From positions 6,884 to 70,883 of the forward strand of contig JAIEPG010000005.1 in NCBI GenBank assembly GCA_019749895.1: a stretch of DNA of 64,000 nucleotides, read 5' to 3'. The stretch's first letter is position 1, and each line of letters opens with the position of its first letter. Under the pieces are notes generated by a model. It saw nothing but the letters and a program-made list of their open reading frames with translations. It did not search any database and was not told where the DNA came from. The position numbers and the translations under genes are program-made. This DNA is from Candidatus Babeliales bacterium. GTDB taxonomy: Bacteria; Babelota; Babeliae; Babelales; RVW-14. Positions 25,449 through 34,989 of this stretch are shown here, piece by piece.

Positions 25449-26315
25449 ATGAAGAAAACAAGCTTATTATTATGCGCAATATTCACCCTTTCTGCATCAG
25501 CTCACGGCGCAGCAAGCTCCAATGCATTCGATCCAACAAATATGATGGCTCGGCATACATTTTGCCGTCAAGACAATGTAGAAGTCCTCAAACAGTGGCT
25601 TATCGCAAAAAACGAATATGAATTAAATGACTACACCTACGCAGTGCTCAGTGATTGTGCCGTTTTTGCCAGCGTTGAATGTATCAGATTTTTTCTTGCA
25701 AACAGCCCTAACCTTGACATAGAATTGGAACAGCGAAATGACAACCTTGCGCTTATGCTACTCAGCAGGCTCTTGTTCCATGGCAGACCGCACACACCAC
25801 GACACTGCACGTGCGTCAAAATGATTCTGAATGCAATTCCAACTCCTGAAATTCTGGAAAAGGATGCTGGCCTGCCGTTGATCCACCGAGCCTGCAGTGT
25901 TGGCTGCCCTACCTGTGTCCAAGCAGTATGCGATACGGGCGTTAATCTTAGAAAACGCGATAGTTACGACAAAAACCTTCCCACTGAAGAAGCAAAGAGT
26001 ATGCTCAACAAAAAATTGACCAAGCATATTGGCAGCTCTGAAAAACCACTCGATCAAGAAGCTCGTCAAGAAATGATTGCCAAGTACGAAGCTTGTGTAC
26101 GTTTGTTAAACGAGCGAATAGCACTATTGCCACCAGAAATACATGATGACCAAGACTATACAGACAGCTACTATTCAGACGGTTATGAAAATGGCGACGC
26201 AGATGGCTCTCAAGACTATAACTCAGACAATGCTGGCCAAGATGGCCCAGGTAGCCCAGACTATAATTTTGGCAGTCTTTTTGATGATTCAGACGACTCG
26301 GAGATTGAACAGTAG
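25449..26315 (+). CDS. secreted divergent two-ankyrin protein B1 with acidic tail
   Basis: Leader MKKTSLLLCAIFTLSASAHGA. HTPRHCTCVKMIL...LPLIHRACSVGCPTCVQAVCDTGVN. Asp/Ser/Tyr-rich C-terminus. Confidence 0.7.
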   Translation: MKKTSLLLCAIFTLSASAHGAASSNAFDPTNMMARHTFCRQDNVEVLKQWLIAKNEYELNDYTYAVLSDCAVFASVECIRFFLANSPNLDIELEQRNDNLALMLLSRLLFHGRPHTPRHCTCVKMILNAIPTPEILEKDAGLPLIHRACSVGCPTCVQAVCDTGVNLRKRDSYDKNLPTEEAKSMLNKKLTKHIGSSEKPLDQEARQEMIAKYEACVRLLNERIALLPPEIHDDQDYTDSYYSDGYENGDADGSQDYNSDNAGQDGPGSPDYNFGSLFDDSDDSEIEQ

Positions 26316-26346
26316 TAATTTAAGCAGTGAAAAGAAGGAGAATAGT

Positions 26347-26892
26347 ATGAAGAAAATAAGCTTATTTATGTTCACCACACTGATTACTTTTTTATCGGCA
26401 CATGGTGTTGTCACACGAGCACACGCAACACCTGGTAGCCTCTACAAAGAATATTGCGCGTTGCTGCATCACCATGCAGCACAAGGCAACGCTAATTGTC
26501 TAAAAATTATTCTTCAAAACCCACAAGCACAGCAAGCACTTGAATCGCGTTCGCAACATCTCAAACTCACCCCACTTCTTCAAGCACTCTTTTGGCCACA
26601 CCATACAAAAAAACACTGTGCTTGCGTTAAAACACTGTTGGCAGCTGGTGCCAGCACAACAGCAACAACACAAAATCGTAAAAGTACCGCCATACACCTT
26701 GCCAGCAGAGCCGGTTGTCTCACCTGCATTGAAGCATTATGCAAATACGACTCAAAAACTTGGCAAAAAGATCGCGATGGCAACACACCCGCTGGCGTTG
26801 CTCAAAAATACGCTGAATTTTACACAGACAAAGAAAACCAAGAAAAATTTAATCTGTGTTTAACCTTTTTAAATTCATTAAAAATTTGTTAG
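26347..26892 (+). CDS. secreted divergent two-ankyrin protein B2
   Basis: AAGGAG RBS. Leader MKKISLFMFTTLITFLSAHG. KKHCACVKTLLAAGAS...TAIHLASRAGCLTCIEALC...DGNTPAGVA. The longer ORF from 26143 was rejected. Confidence 0.75.
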   Translation: MKKISLFMFTTLITFLSAHGVVTRAHATPGSLYKEYCALLHHHAAQGNANCLKIILQNPQAQQALESRSQHLKLTPLLQALFWPHHTKKHCACVKTLLAAGASTTATTQNRKSTAIHLASRAGCLTCIEALCKYDSKTWQKDRDGNTPAGVAQKYAEFYTDKENQEKFNLCLTFLNSLKIC

Positions 26893-26904
26893 ACTCCAAC
26901 GACT

Positions 26905-27303
26905 ATGAAAAAAACAATCTTACTAGCGTGCGCATTATTGCTGCCATGCGCCCCTATTTATACAGCAGCAGAACACATATCTTTAGTAGATTTCATGAAA
27001 ACTGGCGGTCTGCACACGCCAGAAAAATGTGCTCGTGTCACAGAAATGATTAATACTGGCGTACTGGTCAACCAATCCGACTCTAGCGGGAATACAGCAC
27101 TGCACATTGCCTGCTGCCAAGTTTGCACACTCTGCATTCAAGAACTTCTTGCACACGGCGCGGACAGAACCATAAAAAATAATTATAACGAAACACCGCT
27201 GGAATTAGTTACCAGAAGATTAAAAGAAAGCTCTCGCTTTCGTAGACCGGTAACACCAGAACAACTTGAAGCGTGCAAGATATTGTTAGAATCGTTATCT
27301 TAA
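26905..27303 (+). CDS. secreted divergent two-ankyrin protein B3
   Basis: Leader MKKTILLACALLLPCAPIYTA. GNTALHIACCQVCTLCIQELLAHGAD...NETPLELV. Confidence 0.75.
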   Translation: MKKTILLACALLLPCAPIYTAAEHISLVDFMKTGGLHTPEKCARVTEMINTGVLVNQSDSSGNTALHIACCQVCTLCIQELLAHGADRTIKNNYNETPLELVTRRLKESSRFRRPVTPEQLEACKILLESLS

Positions 27304-27333
27304 AACAACACCCCACACCACGATTGGACAACT

Positions 27334-28107
27334 ATGAAAAGAATATGCTTACTGCTTTTTTCACTTTCATTACTTTGGCTACCAGCCCACAGCGCGGCCA
27401 CATCAAAACTTTTAGATGACTCGTACTCATCTTCAGATGAAGAAAATCCAGACGACGTCCTACCACAAACATATAAAGAGCTGTGCGAAGAGGTGGAACA
27501 TGATAGAATCGAAATCTTGCAATTATTACATAAGAAAGATGTTCTTAATTCTTTTCTTTGCGAACAAAAAAAATATGAAAACCTCTTAAGTATTGCTACG
27601 GAAAACATAAGTTTAGATTGCTTAAAATTTTTACTCACACACGATTACAAAGAAAATCTTAAACCAGGTTTTCTTGCTTCTTTGCTACTTACCATACTCA
27701 AAACACACTGGCTGCATGGACAATTTAACGAAAAAAGCGGTAAATTTATAGCTTCAAAAAAATGTCTCTGTGTTAAAGCTTTGCTGAGAGCCGGCGCCCA
27801 ACCAAATATACTCAGTCACACAACAACGCCACTTCATTTGGCGTGCTTTCAAGGCTGTCCACTTTGTGTTAATGTACTACTGATACACAACGCAGACCCA
27901 GCTGCTCACGATAAGCAAGGAAAAACGCCGCTCAAAGAAGCGCAAGAGCTCTTGGGTAAATGCAAGCCGCCTCATGCTGTTCCAGGATGCCGTGAAATTT
28001 TTTTTGAAGGCAGCTCGATGCCGTACAACAAAATGTCAAACCCTGCTTATACATACAAGCATTTTGCTACCTGCGTAACGCTTTTAGAAACGAGGACCTT
28101 TCAATAA
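27334..28107 (+). CDS. secreted divergent two-ankyrin protein B4
   Basis: Leader MKRICLLLFSLSLLWLPAHSA. KKCLCVKALLRAGAQ...TTPLHLACFQGCPLCVNVLLIHNAD...GKTPLKEA. Confidence 0.75.
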   Translation: MKRICLLLFSLSLLWLPAHSAATSKLLDDSYSSSDEENPDDVLPQTYKELCEEVEHDRIEILQLLHKKDVLNSFLCEQKKYENLLSIATENISLDCLKFLLTHDYKENLKPGFLASLLLTILKTHWLHGQFNEKSGKFIASKKCLCVKALLRAGAQPNILSHTTTPLHLACFQGCPLCVNVLLIHNADPAAHDKQGKTPLKEAQELLGKCKPPHAVPGCREIFFEGSSMPYNKMSNPAYTYKHFATCVTLLETRTFQ

Positions 28108-28131
28108 TTCATAACGCTCAAAAGGGAGAGT

Positions 28132-28896
28132 ATGATAGAGAAAGTAAGTTTATTTCTAATCTCAATGCTACTCAGTATGCCACTTAACGCCGTCAAGACA
28201 CGGTCGCAAAGCCTCAAACCTCTCAACTTTGAAAAACTTACAAAAATTTGCACGACAAACAACAAAAAGCTTCTTGAACTGTTGTTTGAAGCCAACATTG
28301 GCGCTCGTGAGTTTTTTTATGAACTCGTTGACCATTGCATCGAAAATGGCAACATGAAATGCTTGCGCTATCTTCTTGCACACACACCAGTACCACTCAC
28401 ACATTGCCCAGAACTTCTCATCGATTGGTCTACTCATACGCCCAACCACTGTACCGCCTTAAAAATCCTTCTAGAAAAAAGAACTAACTGGACAGCCCTT
28501 GCACCCGATGGCCTGGTGCTTCACGAGGCCGCACAAGTTCCCTGTGTATCATGCATTCAAAATTTATTGCTGTACGGAGCAGACCCTTGCTGGGTAGACC
28601 GCAAAGGTAAAACGGCACAGGGAGTCGCAAACGAAAGCATGATGTGGACACAATACCAAAGCAGACTTGATGCAAGCACTCGCACAGACCTTAAAGAAAA
28701 ATATTTGCTTTGCATAATGCTCCTACAGAACAACACAGAAGAATTAGACCAGTCAGACGCTGATGAATTTTCAAGCAACACTGACTCTGAAGAAAATGAA
28801 AGCTCTTCAAGAGATACCAACTACAGCGCAACCGAAGATGAAGATGAAGATGAAGAATCAAGCTCAAGCGATTATGCTTCAGGAGAACTTTCATGA
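28132..28896 (+). CDS. secreted divergent two-ankyrin protein B5 with acidic tail
   Basis: Leader MIEKVSLFLISMLLSMPLNAVKTRSQS. NHCTALKILLEK...LVLHEAAQVPCVSCIQNLLLYGAD. Glu/Asp/Ser-rich tail. Confidence 0.7.
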   Translation: MIEKVSLFLISMLLSMPLNAVKTRSQSLKPLNFEKLTKICTTNNKKLLELLFEANIGAREFFYELVDHCIENGNMKCLRYLLAHTPVPLTHCPELLIDWSTHTPNHCTALKILLEKRTNWTALAPDGLVLHEAAQVPCVSCIQNLLLYGADPCWVDRKGKTAQGVANESMMWTQYQSRLDASTRTDLKEKYLLCIMLLQNNTEELDQSDADEFSSNTDSEENESSSRDTNYSATEDEDEDEESSSSDYASGELS

Positions 28897-29570
28897 AAAA
28901 AGCACTCTTATTTTTTTGTTTCATAACGCTCTTTAAACTCCCGCTCAATGCCGTTGTAACACGTTCACAAAGCCCAGAAGCGCTCGATATTGCCGCACTT
29001 AAACAGGCTTGCTCAAACAACCACAAAGAGCCTCTTGAGCTTTTGTTTGCAGCAAAGAACGAAGAACTGAACGAAAATTATTACACACTCCTGCGCCACT
29101 GCGTGGAGCAAGGCAGCCTCAAATGTCTTAATACTCTTCTCAATCATGCACCAGAGCCATTGGAAGAATCTGATGAGTTACTGGTTCCCTGGTCGGTATG
29201 GGTAGTGCACAATTCAAAACATTGTCTGTGCATCAACGCTTTGCTGAAAAAGCAAGCCAATTTCTCAGCATTGGCAGAAAACGAACTACCACTTCACATG
29301 GCCGCAGGGGCCGGATGCCTGACCTGCGTTGAAAACTTATGCCACTACCTCCTACATACTTTATCTATCAATCACGTGTGGCCTCACTTACTCCAAAAAG
29401 ACAGCGATGGCTTTACTGCACTTGCGCGAGCAAGAGCATCTTTCAATCTTTTTCGGCACGACCAAGCACGTCAAGCAGGCTTTGATTCTTGCGAACAATT
29501 TTTGTTCAGAACTAAACTTGAGCTATCAAATCAACTCACGAGAGATTTATTGCTAGGCTGTAATCTGTGA
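28893..29570 (+). CDS. secreted divergent two-ankyrin protein B6
   Basis: ATGA overlap with B5. Leader MKKALLFFCFITLFKLPLNAVVTRSQS. KHCLCINALLKKQAN...LPLHMAAGAGCLTCVENLC. Confidence 0.7.
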   Translation: MKKALLFFCFITLFKLPLNAVVTRSQSPEALDIAALKQACSNNHKEPLELLFAAKNEELNENYYTLLRHCVEQGSLKCLNTLLNHAPEPLEESDELLVPWSVWVVHNSKHCLCINALLKKQANFSALAENELPLHMAAGAGCLTCVENLCHYLLHTLSINHVWPHLLQKDSDGFTALARARASFNLFRHDQARQAGFDSCEQFLFRTKLELSNQLTRDLLLGCNL

Positions 29571-30220
29571 TAAAAAAAATTATCTTGTTACTAACTACAC
29601 TCGCACTCTCCAGCCAGGCACACGGTCGTGCCATCATTATGCTCGACCCTGCAGGCGATGCTCATGAGCTGGGCCGCAAACTGGCGCAAGGTTATGAGCG
29701 CGGCGCAACGCTGACGTTGGCCGAAAAGCTGCAGCAAGAACTGGCACAAGAACCAGAAATCTACCCACTTTTAAGCCGCCAACCTGGCGAACAATGCCTA
29801 CCCCTCCAGGCAGCTTCGTTTGCCAACCGGCTCAACGTCAACCTGTTTGTACGACTGCACTGCTACCACGAGCTGACCGCCAAGCCCCGCATTTATCTGT
29901 ATCATCAACTGCGCAACCCGCTAACCGACCTTGCCACGCGCACATTCAATCAGCTCAGCTTTACCCCTCTTTCACAAGCTCACCTACCCAACCTACGCAC
30001 CACACTCAAACGAATAGAAAGCATAAAAGAAACACTAATAACGCCGCAGTACCAGCAGTTTTTCGACTGCTTTGGCCCTTTTGGCTTACCACTCAAACCA
30101 CTAGCCGGTGTGCAGCCTGCAGGACTTATCATTGAAATTGGCTTGAGTAGCTCAACCAAACTAGAAAGCCTGATTCAGCCAATCAAACAGGCTTTAGTTA
30201 ACGCATGTCTCATTTCCTAG
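29567..30220 (+). CDS. secreted Amidase_3-like (N-acetylmuramoyl-L-alanine amidase fold) protein, divergent
   Basis: GTG start overlapping the B6 stop. Leader MIKKIILLLTTLALSSQAHG. IIMLDPAGDAHELGR...ERGATLTLAEKLQQEL...NLFVRLHCY parallels the IDPGHGG...E..L.LA..L...DLFVSIHAN layout, but the GHGG His is absent. Confidence 0.4.
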   Translation: MIKKIILLLTTLALSSQAHGRAIIMLDPAGDAHELGRKLAQGYERGATLTLAEKLQQELAQEPEIYPLLSRQPGEQCLPLQAASFANRLNVNLFVRLHCYHELTAKPRIYLYHQLRNPLTDLATRTFNQLSFTPLSQAHLPNLRTTLKRIESIKETLITPQYQQFFDCFGPFGLPLKPLAGVQPAGLIIEIGLSSSTKLESLIQPIKQALVNACLIS

Positions 30221-30262
30221 AAAAGAATTGTATTGAATTCTCCGCATTTTTCTGGCTATTTT

Positions 30263-30301
30263 TACTAACTGTGTTATTCTTTTTTTAGTTAGTATTTTTT
30301 C
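30263..30301 (+). terminator. possible AT-rich terminator
   Basis: tactaact / agttagta 8-bp stem, 16-nt loop, then tttttt. Confidence 0.3.
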
Positions 30302-30327
30302 CCTTTCAAGCGCAGAAAAGAGCCGCT

Positions 30328-30837
30328 ATGAAGACCTTTTTCGATTCTCTTCCAAATTTCTTGGAACAACACGTTTACCAACCATTGTCCGTCCTTGCCA
30401 CTCCCGATGCGTTATTGAGCTTGGCTTGGTTTGCACTCGGCATAGTTGTGCTCGTTATTGAAATTAATATGCCCGGGCTTTTTTATTTTATTTCGTTGGC
30501 ATTTGGTTGCTTTGCTGCATCACTATTAGCGCTACTTTCGTACTCGTTATTTACGCAGTGCGTTGTTGCACTGAGCGTAGCGGTACTTTCATTTGAATGC
30601 ATGCGCCGCTTTTTAAGCGCGCCAGCACGCCCAGCACTGCGCACCAACATTGAAGCATTGCACAACGAACAAGGTATAGTAATTCACACCATTGAAGCAA
30701 CCAAAACAGGTCGCGTAAAAGTTAACGGTGAAGAGTGGGCAGCGGTGGCACACAATCACCATACTATTTTGCAAAAAGGTACCCCGGTACGTATTATTGG
30801 TACCAAAGGTAACAAAGTTATTGTTAAAGCAGACTAA
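30328..30837 (+). CDS. NfeD-family membrane protein
   Basis: Three or four hydrophobic helices then a C-terminal OB-like GRVKVNGEEWAAVAHN...GTPVRIIGTKGNKVIVK. Sits directly upstream of an SPFH gene (the classic NfeD-stomatin pair). Confidence 0.8.
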   Translation: MKTFFDSLPNFLEQHVYQPLSVLATPDALLSLAWFALGIVVLVIEINMPGLFYFISLAFGCFAASLLALLSYSLFTQCVVALSVAVLSFECMRRFLSAPARPALRTNIEALHNEQGIVIHTIEATKTGRVKVNGEEWAAVAHNHHTILQKGTPVRIIGTKGNKVIVKAD

Positions 30838-30860
30838 CAAGTATTTTTTTAGGATTTCTC

Positions 30861-31844
30861 ATGATTTTTCTCATTTTCTTTTGTATCGTATTTTTGTTTT
30901 TCGCTTTTTTGCTTGCCAAAGCTACGTACGTAGTTAAACAAGCAGAAGTAATTGTTATTGAACGCTTTGGTAGTTTTCACAGCGTTTTAAAACCTGGCCT
31001 TAATTTTGTCATGCCCTTTGCCGACAAACCACGCCAAGTTTTGTGGACTTTTATTCAAGAAGAAGCACGCAGTGGCAAAATGTATCGCTTCTCTCGCTAT
31101 ATTGATCGCATTGATTTGCGTGAAAGTGTGTACGATTTCCCAAAACAAAACGTTATTACCAAAGACAACGTAACTATGGAAATTAACGCCCTGCTCTATT
31201 TCCAAATTACTGACCCAATAGCCGCCACCTACGAAATTGACAACTTACCACAAGGTATTGAAAAACTAACACAAACAACGCTACGTAACATTATTGGCTC
31301 ATTGGATTTGGACGAGTCACTAACCTCACGCGACATGATTAATGAAAAGCTCACGGCAATTCTTGACGAAGCAACCGACAAATGGGGCGTTAAGGTAAAT
31401 CGCGTTGAGCTACAAGAAGTTAACCCACCACGTGATATCCGCGATGCTATGGAAAAGCAAATGCGTGCAGAACGTGACCGTCGTGCTCATATCTTGGAAG
31501 CTGAAGGCTTAAAAACTGCAGCAGTTTTGGAAGCTGAAGGTAAAAAGAGTGCAGCAATTTTAGAGGCTGAAGGCGTTAAAATGTCGCAAGTTATGCGCGC
31601 ACAAGGTGAGTCTGATGCTCGTCGCTTGCTGGCACAGGGTGAATCTGATGCTATTAAAGTAGTTCGCGATGCAGTGCCAGGTCAAGACCCACTGCCCTAC
31701 ATGACCGCCCTAACCTACATTAAAGCATTGCCAGAAATGACAAAAGACAAAAATGGCAAACTTATCTTGGTTCCGTATGAAGCTAGTGCTATCATGGGCT
31801 CGTTGAGTAGTATTAAAACACTGTTCAAAGATCTTGAAAAGTAG
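30861..31844 (+). CDS. SPFH/band-7 (stomatin/prohibitin-like) membrane protein
   Basis: N-terminal TM helix. VVKQAEVIVIERFGSF, FPKQNVITKDNVTMEINALLYFQITDP, Ala/Glu-rich EAEG repeat region. Confidence 0.9.
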   Translation: MIFLIFFCIVFLFFAFLLAKATYVVKQAEVIVIERFGSFHSVLKPGLNFVMPFADKPRQVLWTFIQEEARSGKMYRFSRYIDRIDLRESVYDFPKQNVITKDNVTMEINALLYFQITDPIAATYEIDNLPQGIEKLTQTTLRNIIGSLDLDESLTSRDMINEKLTAILDEATDKWGVKVNRVELQEVNPPRDIRDAMEKQMRAERDRRAHILEAEGLKTAAVLEAEGKKSAAILEAEGVKMSQVMRAQGESDARRLLAQGESDAIKVVRDAVPGQDPLPYMTALTYIKALPEMTKDKNGKLILVPYEASAIMGSLSSIKTLFKDLEK

Positions 31845-31856
31845 GAGATAGTAAGA

Positions 31857-32207
31857 ATGGTCAGACGGATTAGACTGTCGGTTATTTTGTTAGGCGCTTT
31901 GCTCTTTTTTTGGTGGGCATTTTTGCTGTTTGCGCGTCATAGCACCGCAGACTCACACTTTTATAGCCGCAACGCTTACAACCAAGACACCTGCAGAATT
32001 TATTGCGATCTAGGCCTACTAGCACAAAGCCGTAACGATTATAAACAGGCAGTTAGATATTATAAAATAGCATTAAGTTTTAGACCCAACAGCAGAAAGG
32101 TTTGCAACCAACTTAATATCTGCTATCAACTGCGCAATAAGCCAGTTAAAGCAGCTCTCGCACTGCAAGGAAAGCTGATAAAAAAGAACCAAACAAGAGC
32201 AGTTTAA
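31857..32207 (+). CDS. small membrane-anchored TPR-like protein
   Basis: TM helix LSVILLGALLFFWWAFLLFA. TPR-like YCDLGLLAQSRNDYKQAVRYYKIALSFRPN. Confidence 0.5.
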   Translation: MVRRIRLSVILLGALLFFWWAFLLFARHSTADSHFYSRNAYNQDTCRIYCDLGLLAQSRNDYKQAVRYYKIALSFRPNSRKVCNQLNICYQLRNKPVKAALALQGKLIKKNQTRAV

Positions 32208-32215
32208 AAAACATG

Positions 32216-32252
32216 AAAAGGCACTCTGTTTTAGAACAAAGTGCCTTTTTTA
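32216..32252 (+). terminator. rho-independent terminator
   Basis: aaaggcac...gtgccttttttag stem-loop directly after the 31857-32207 gene. Confidence 0.6.
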
Positions 32253-32319
32253 GCATAAAAAATTAGTAAAAGTAGCATTTCGAAAAAACATTCATAAATT
32301 TATAACAAAGGAAAAAGCT

Positions 32320-32751
32320 ATGCATGCACACAAACTGTTTTTGATCATTTCTTTCTTGAGTATCAGTATTTCTACCAATCTTTTTTCTGCCAGCTCATCA
32401 CAAGCTCCTCAAACCGTTTCCTTCACCAAAAAAGAAATAACTATCCCCCTCAACCAAGCCTGCAAGATTATTGGACTTTTAAACCGGTTGCACAAGGATG
32501 CTCCCCTTAAATTTCAGCAATTATGCCAATTGTGCCAAAGTGATGGAGACTCTCAACTAACACCTTCAGATACCATGTTTTTAGCAGAGTACAAATTCAC
32601 AACACTTCTTTTTACCAACCTACAAAACTCAACAAAATACTGGATCATTGACCCTGCAGGCAAATTAAGCCCCACAAGTAAGAATCTTTTTCTAGGACTT
32701 ATTACACATAAAGATGCCATACTAACAGCAAAAGAATCGCTTTCTCTCTAA
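32320..32751 (+). CDS. small secreted hypothetical protein (family E)
   Basis: Leader MHAHKLFLIISFLSISISTNLFSASSS. Shares ...LC...L(T/S)...IIDPAGKL-type segments with the next three genes. Confidence 0.6.
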   Translation: MHAHKLFLIISFLSISISTNLFSASSSQAPQTVSFTKKEITIPLNQACKIIGLLNRLHKDAPLKFQQLCQLCQSDGDSQLTPSDTMFLAEYKFTTLLFTNLQNSTKYWIIDPAGKLSPTSKNLFLGLITHKDAILTAKESLSL

Positions 32752-32931
32752 GCTGACAAACCCAGCCTCTTTTTAAAAAACTGACAACAAGACTCCTCTC
32801 ATCACTGCGCACTTTTTATCCAAATATAAAATATTATTTACTTATCGCCCTTGATTCGGTTATTGTAAAAATATAAAAATAATACTTTTTGCTGGAGACA
32901 CAAAACTGTTCATTAGCGGGGGAGAGGGATC

Positions 32932-33639
32932 ATGAAGAAAAAATTAATTGTTGGGCTCGTGCTACTCACTTTTAGCACATTTAATCTGCATGGCGCAGCA
33001 ACATCAACGCCTTCATCGCGACCAAGAAAGCTTCAGGGCATCGATGTTAGAAAAAAAATTGTTGTGCTTAACCTTACCGAACCTAAAATTAAAATAAATT
33101 ATCTCATTTTTGAAAATCTCCATCAAAGCCTTGTTAAACTCTGCGAAGATCTAGAGCGATTTAAAAAATTAAAGATAGAGGACGCCATTCATAATCAATC
33201 ACGTCTTCTCAATACCCTGATTGAGTATGAACAAGGAACTCAAGTTTCAAAGGAAATTTTTGAAATTGCAGAATTCAATCATCTAACAGAGACAGCCCCT
33301 AACAAAGATTTGGACAACTTTTATCTCTTAATGGCAAGTGGCAAAATTCCAGATTTTTTGGATGAGTGCATAAAAATAATACTGACAAGATCAGAAACCG
33401 GCTTTATATGGTACTATTTGATTTCTGAGTTAGAAATTGTCACAGATCGAGCAACTAAGCAAAAAGTAATAGAAATAATAGACACTCAAAAACCAAAACC
33501 AGCACGAAGCAAATCACTATTGCACATGCCAAAATTTGGCAAACACAAACATGACCCCATCGGTATAGCCATAACTGAGTTGCCTTCAGACAGCCCTCGC
33601 AGCGATGCAGAAACGGACGGAGCAGGCCATGAAGAGTAA
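32932..33639 (+). CDS. secreted hypothetical protein (family E)
   Basis: GGGGGAGAGGG RBS region. Leader MKKKLIVGLVLLTFSTFNLHGA. Confidence 0.6.
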   Translation: MKKKLIVGLVLLTFSTFNLHGAATSTPSSRPRKLQGIDVRKKIVVLNLTEPKIKINYLIFENLHQSLVKLCEDLERFKKLKIEDAIHNQSRLLNTLIEYEQGTQVSKEIFEIAEFNHLTETAPNKDLDNFYLLMASGKIPDFLDECIKIILTRSETGFIWYYLISELEIVTDRATKQKVIEIIDTQKPKPARSKSLLHMPKFGKHKHDPIGIAITELPSDSPRSDAETDGAGHEE

Positions 33640-34351
33640 AACGTCCACATTGCTAGCAAGCCTGTACACACTCTGGCTGATTACCTGCAACACATGCTCT
33701 GCAGCTGCAAACAACGACTTTGAAGGAGATCGCTCACAAGACTCATTTGCAACGTACTCAGATACAGAAAGTATTGATGCTGCACATGCAGCAGACGATT
33801 TTCTTGATGCTCTCTATAACTCTGATGAAATACCAGATGAAATACCAAACGAAGAACAAATAGCAAGGCCCGCTAGAAAAAAAGAAAACAAGCACAAGCA
33901 ACGAAAAAGAAGTAATAGCCTGAGGCAACTAAGCTTAAGGCATATCTTTAGTAAAAGTTTTTTTGATATTACTATGTACGAAGAAGTATTAATGGGCAAA
34001 GCAGAAGCCGAAACTCTCGAGAAAAAACTAAGAGAATTATCACTAAGCAATCCTGAAATAATCAATGATTTAATTACTGTCTGCTCTGAGCCCTTGGCAG
34101 CACTTGAACATGAAACCCTTACCACCCTACAACAACTCGGCTTTTGTACCAAAATACCAGGAACGCCTTTTTCAATTATTGACCCTGCAAACAGCACTTT
34201 CACCCTGCCAGGCAAAATGATCATGACAGCATTTGCTCAACAAACTTATAGCTCTGATGGCCAACCTAAAATCACCATCAGAACTCTAGCAGAGTTAATT
34301 GAAAAAGGCATAGCGATCGTAACAAAAAGACCACATTCGGGAAGTTTCTAG
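33629..34351 (+). CDS. secreted hypothetical protein (family E)
   Basis: Leader MKSKTSTLLASLYTLWLITCNTCSA. LEKKLRELSLSNPEIINDLITVCSEPLAALEHETLTTLQQLGFCTKIPG is paralogous to the next gene. Basic tract RKKENKHKQRKRS. Confidence 0.6.
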   Translation: MKSKTSTLLASLYTLWLITCNTCSAAANNDFEGDRSQDSFATYSDTESIDAAHAADDFLDALYNSDEIPDEIPNEEQIARPARKKENKHKQRKRSNSLRQLSLRHIFSKSFFDITMYEEVLMGKAEAETLEKKLRELSLSNPEIINDLITVCSEPLAALEHETLTTLQQLGFCTKIPGTPFSIIDPANSTFTLPGKMIMTAFAQQTYSSDGQPKITIRTLAELIEKGIAIVTKRPHSGSF

Positions 34352-34431
34352 AAAATAGCTTGTGCTCCAAGCTACACTTTATTAAATTTAGTACAGCTAT
34401 TTTCAAAGTCAAAAAACCAATGGAGATTCTT

Positions 34432-34989
34432 ATGAAGCACAAAACAGTTACTTTTCTTATTACTTTTAGCTTTTTAACCTTAGCAACCTTTAACACCAGC
34501 TACACAGCAGCAAATTCAGAATCAGATTCGCAAGACACTGAATACGAACTTGCCCCAGGGTCTGAAGATGATGACAAAGCAGTATACTCAAGCAGCGAAG
34601 ATGCTCAAATAACCAAAACAATAAGAGAAATAGATGGCGAAGATGAAGAAGGAAGACACCTGCGCATTGCGGTTCAACAACTAGAATTAAATGAAAAAGC
34701 ACTTAACGAAATAGAAAAAAAACTCAAAAAATTCAAGGATAATCAGCTCATACTTGATGATTTACGAGCTGTGTGCGTTAACGAACGGGAAGCTCTTTCA
34801 CCGCTTACCATACGCTCACTCACCACTGCCGGTTTTTTCAAAAAACTTCCAGGAGAAGATTTTCCGCTCATCAATAGCGATGGCACCATAGAACCTGGCA
34901 TGAAAGCAGTAATCGCACGTTTTCTGAAACAAACGCCACGCAATCTTTTGCGAGGCGGCCGCGCTCGCATTAGAATTGCCAGAAACTAA
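34432..34989 (+). CDS. secreted hypothetical protein (family E)
   Basis: GGAG RBS. Leader MKHKTVTFLITFSFLTLATFNTSYTA. IEKKLKKFKDNQLILDDLRAVCVNEREALSPLTIRSLTTAGFFKKLPG. Confidence 0.6.
   Translation: MKHKTVTFLITFSFLTLATFNTSYTAANSESDSQDTEYELAPGSEDDDKAVYSSSEDAQITKTIREIDGEDEEGRHLRIAVQQLELNEKALNEIEKKLKKFKDNQLILDDLRAVCVNEREALSPLTIRSLTTAGFFKKLPGEDFPLINSDGTIEPGMKAVIARFLKQTPRNLLRGGRARIRIARN

Noticed and set aside
25449-29570. Paired Cys motifs (C-x-C and G-C-x-x-C) of array B as a zinc-binding site
   Set aside because: The Cys residues fall at the positions of the usual ankyrin G-H-x-E-C-V helix residues, and arrays A and C also often have Cys there. This is more simply a divergent ANK consensus. 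It remains untested.
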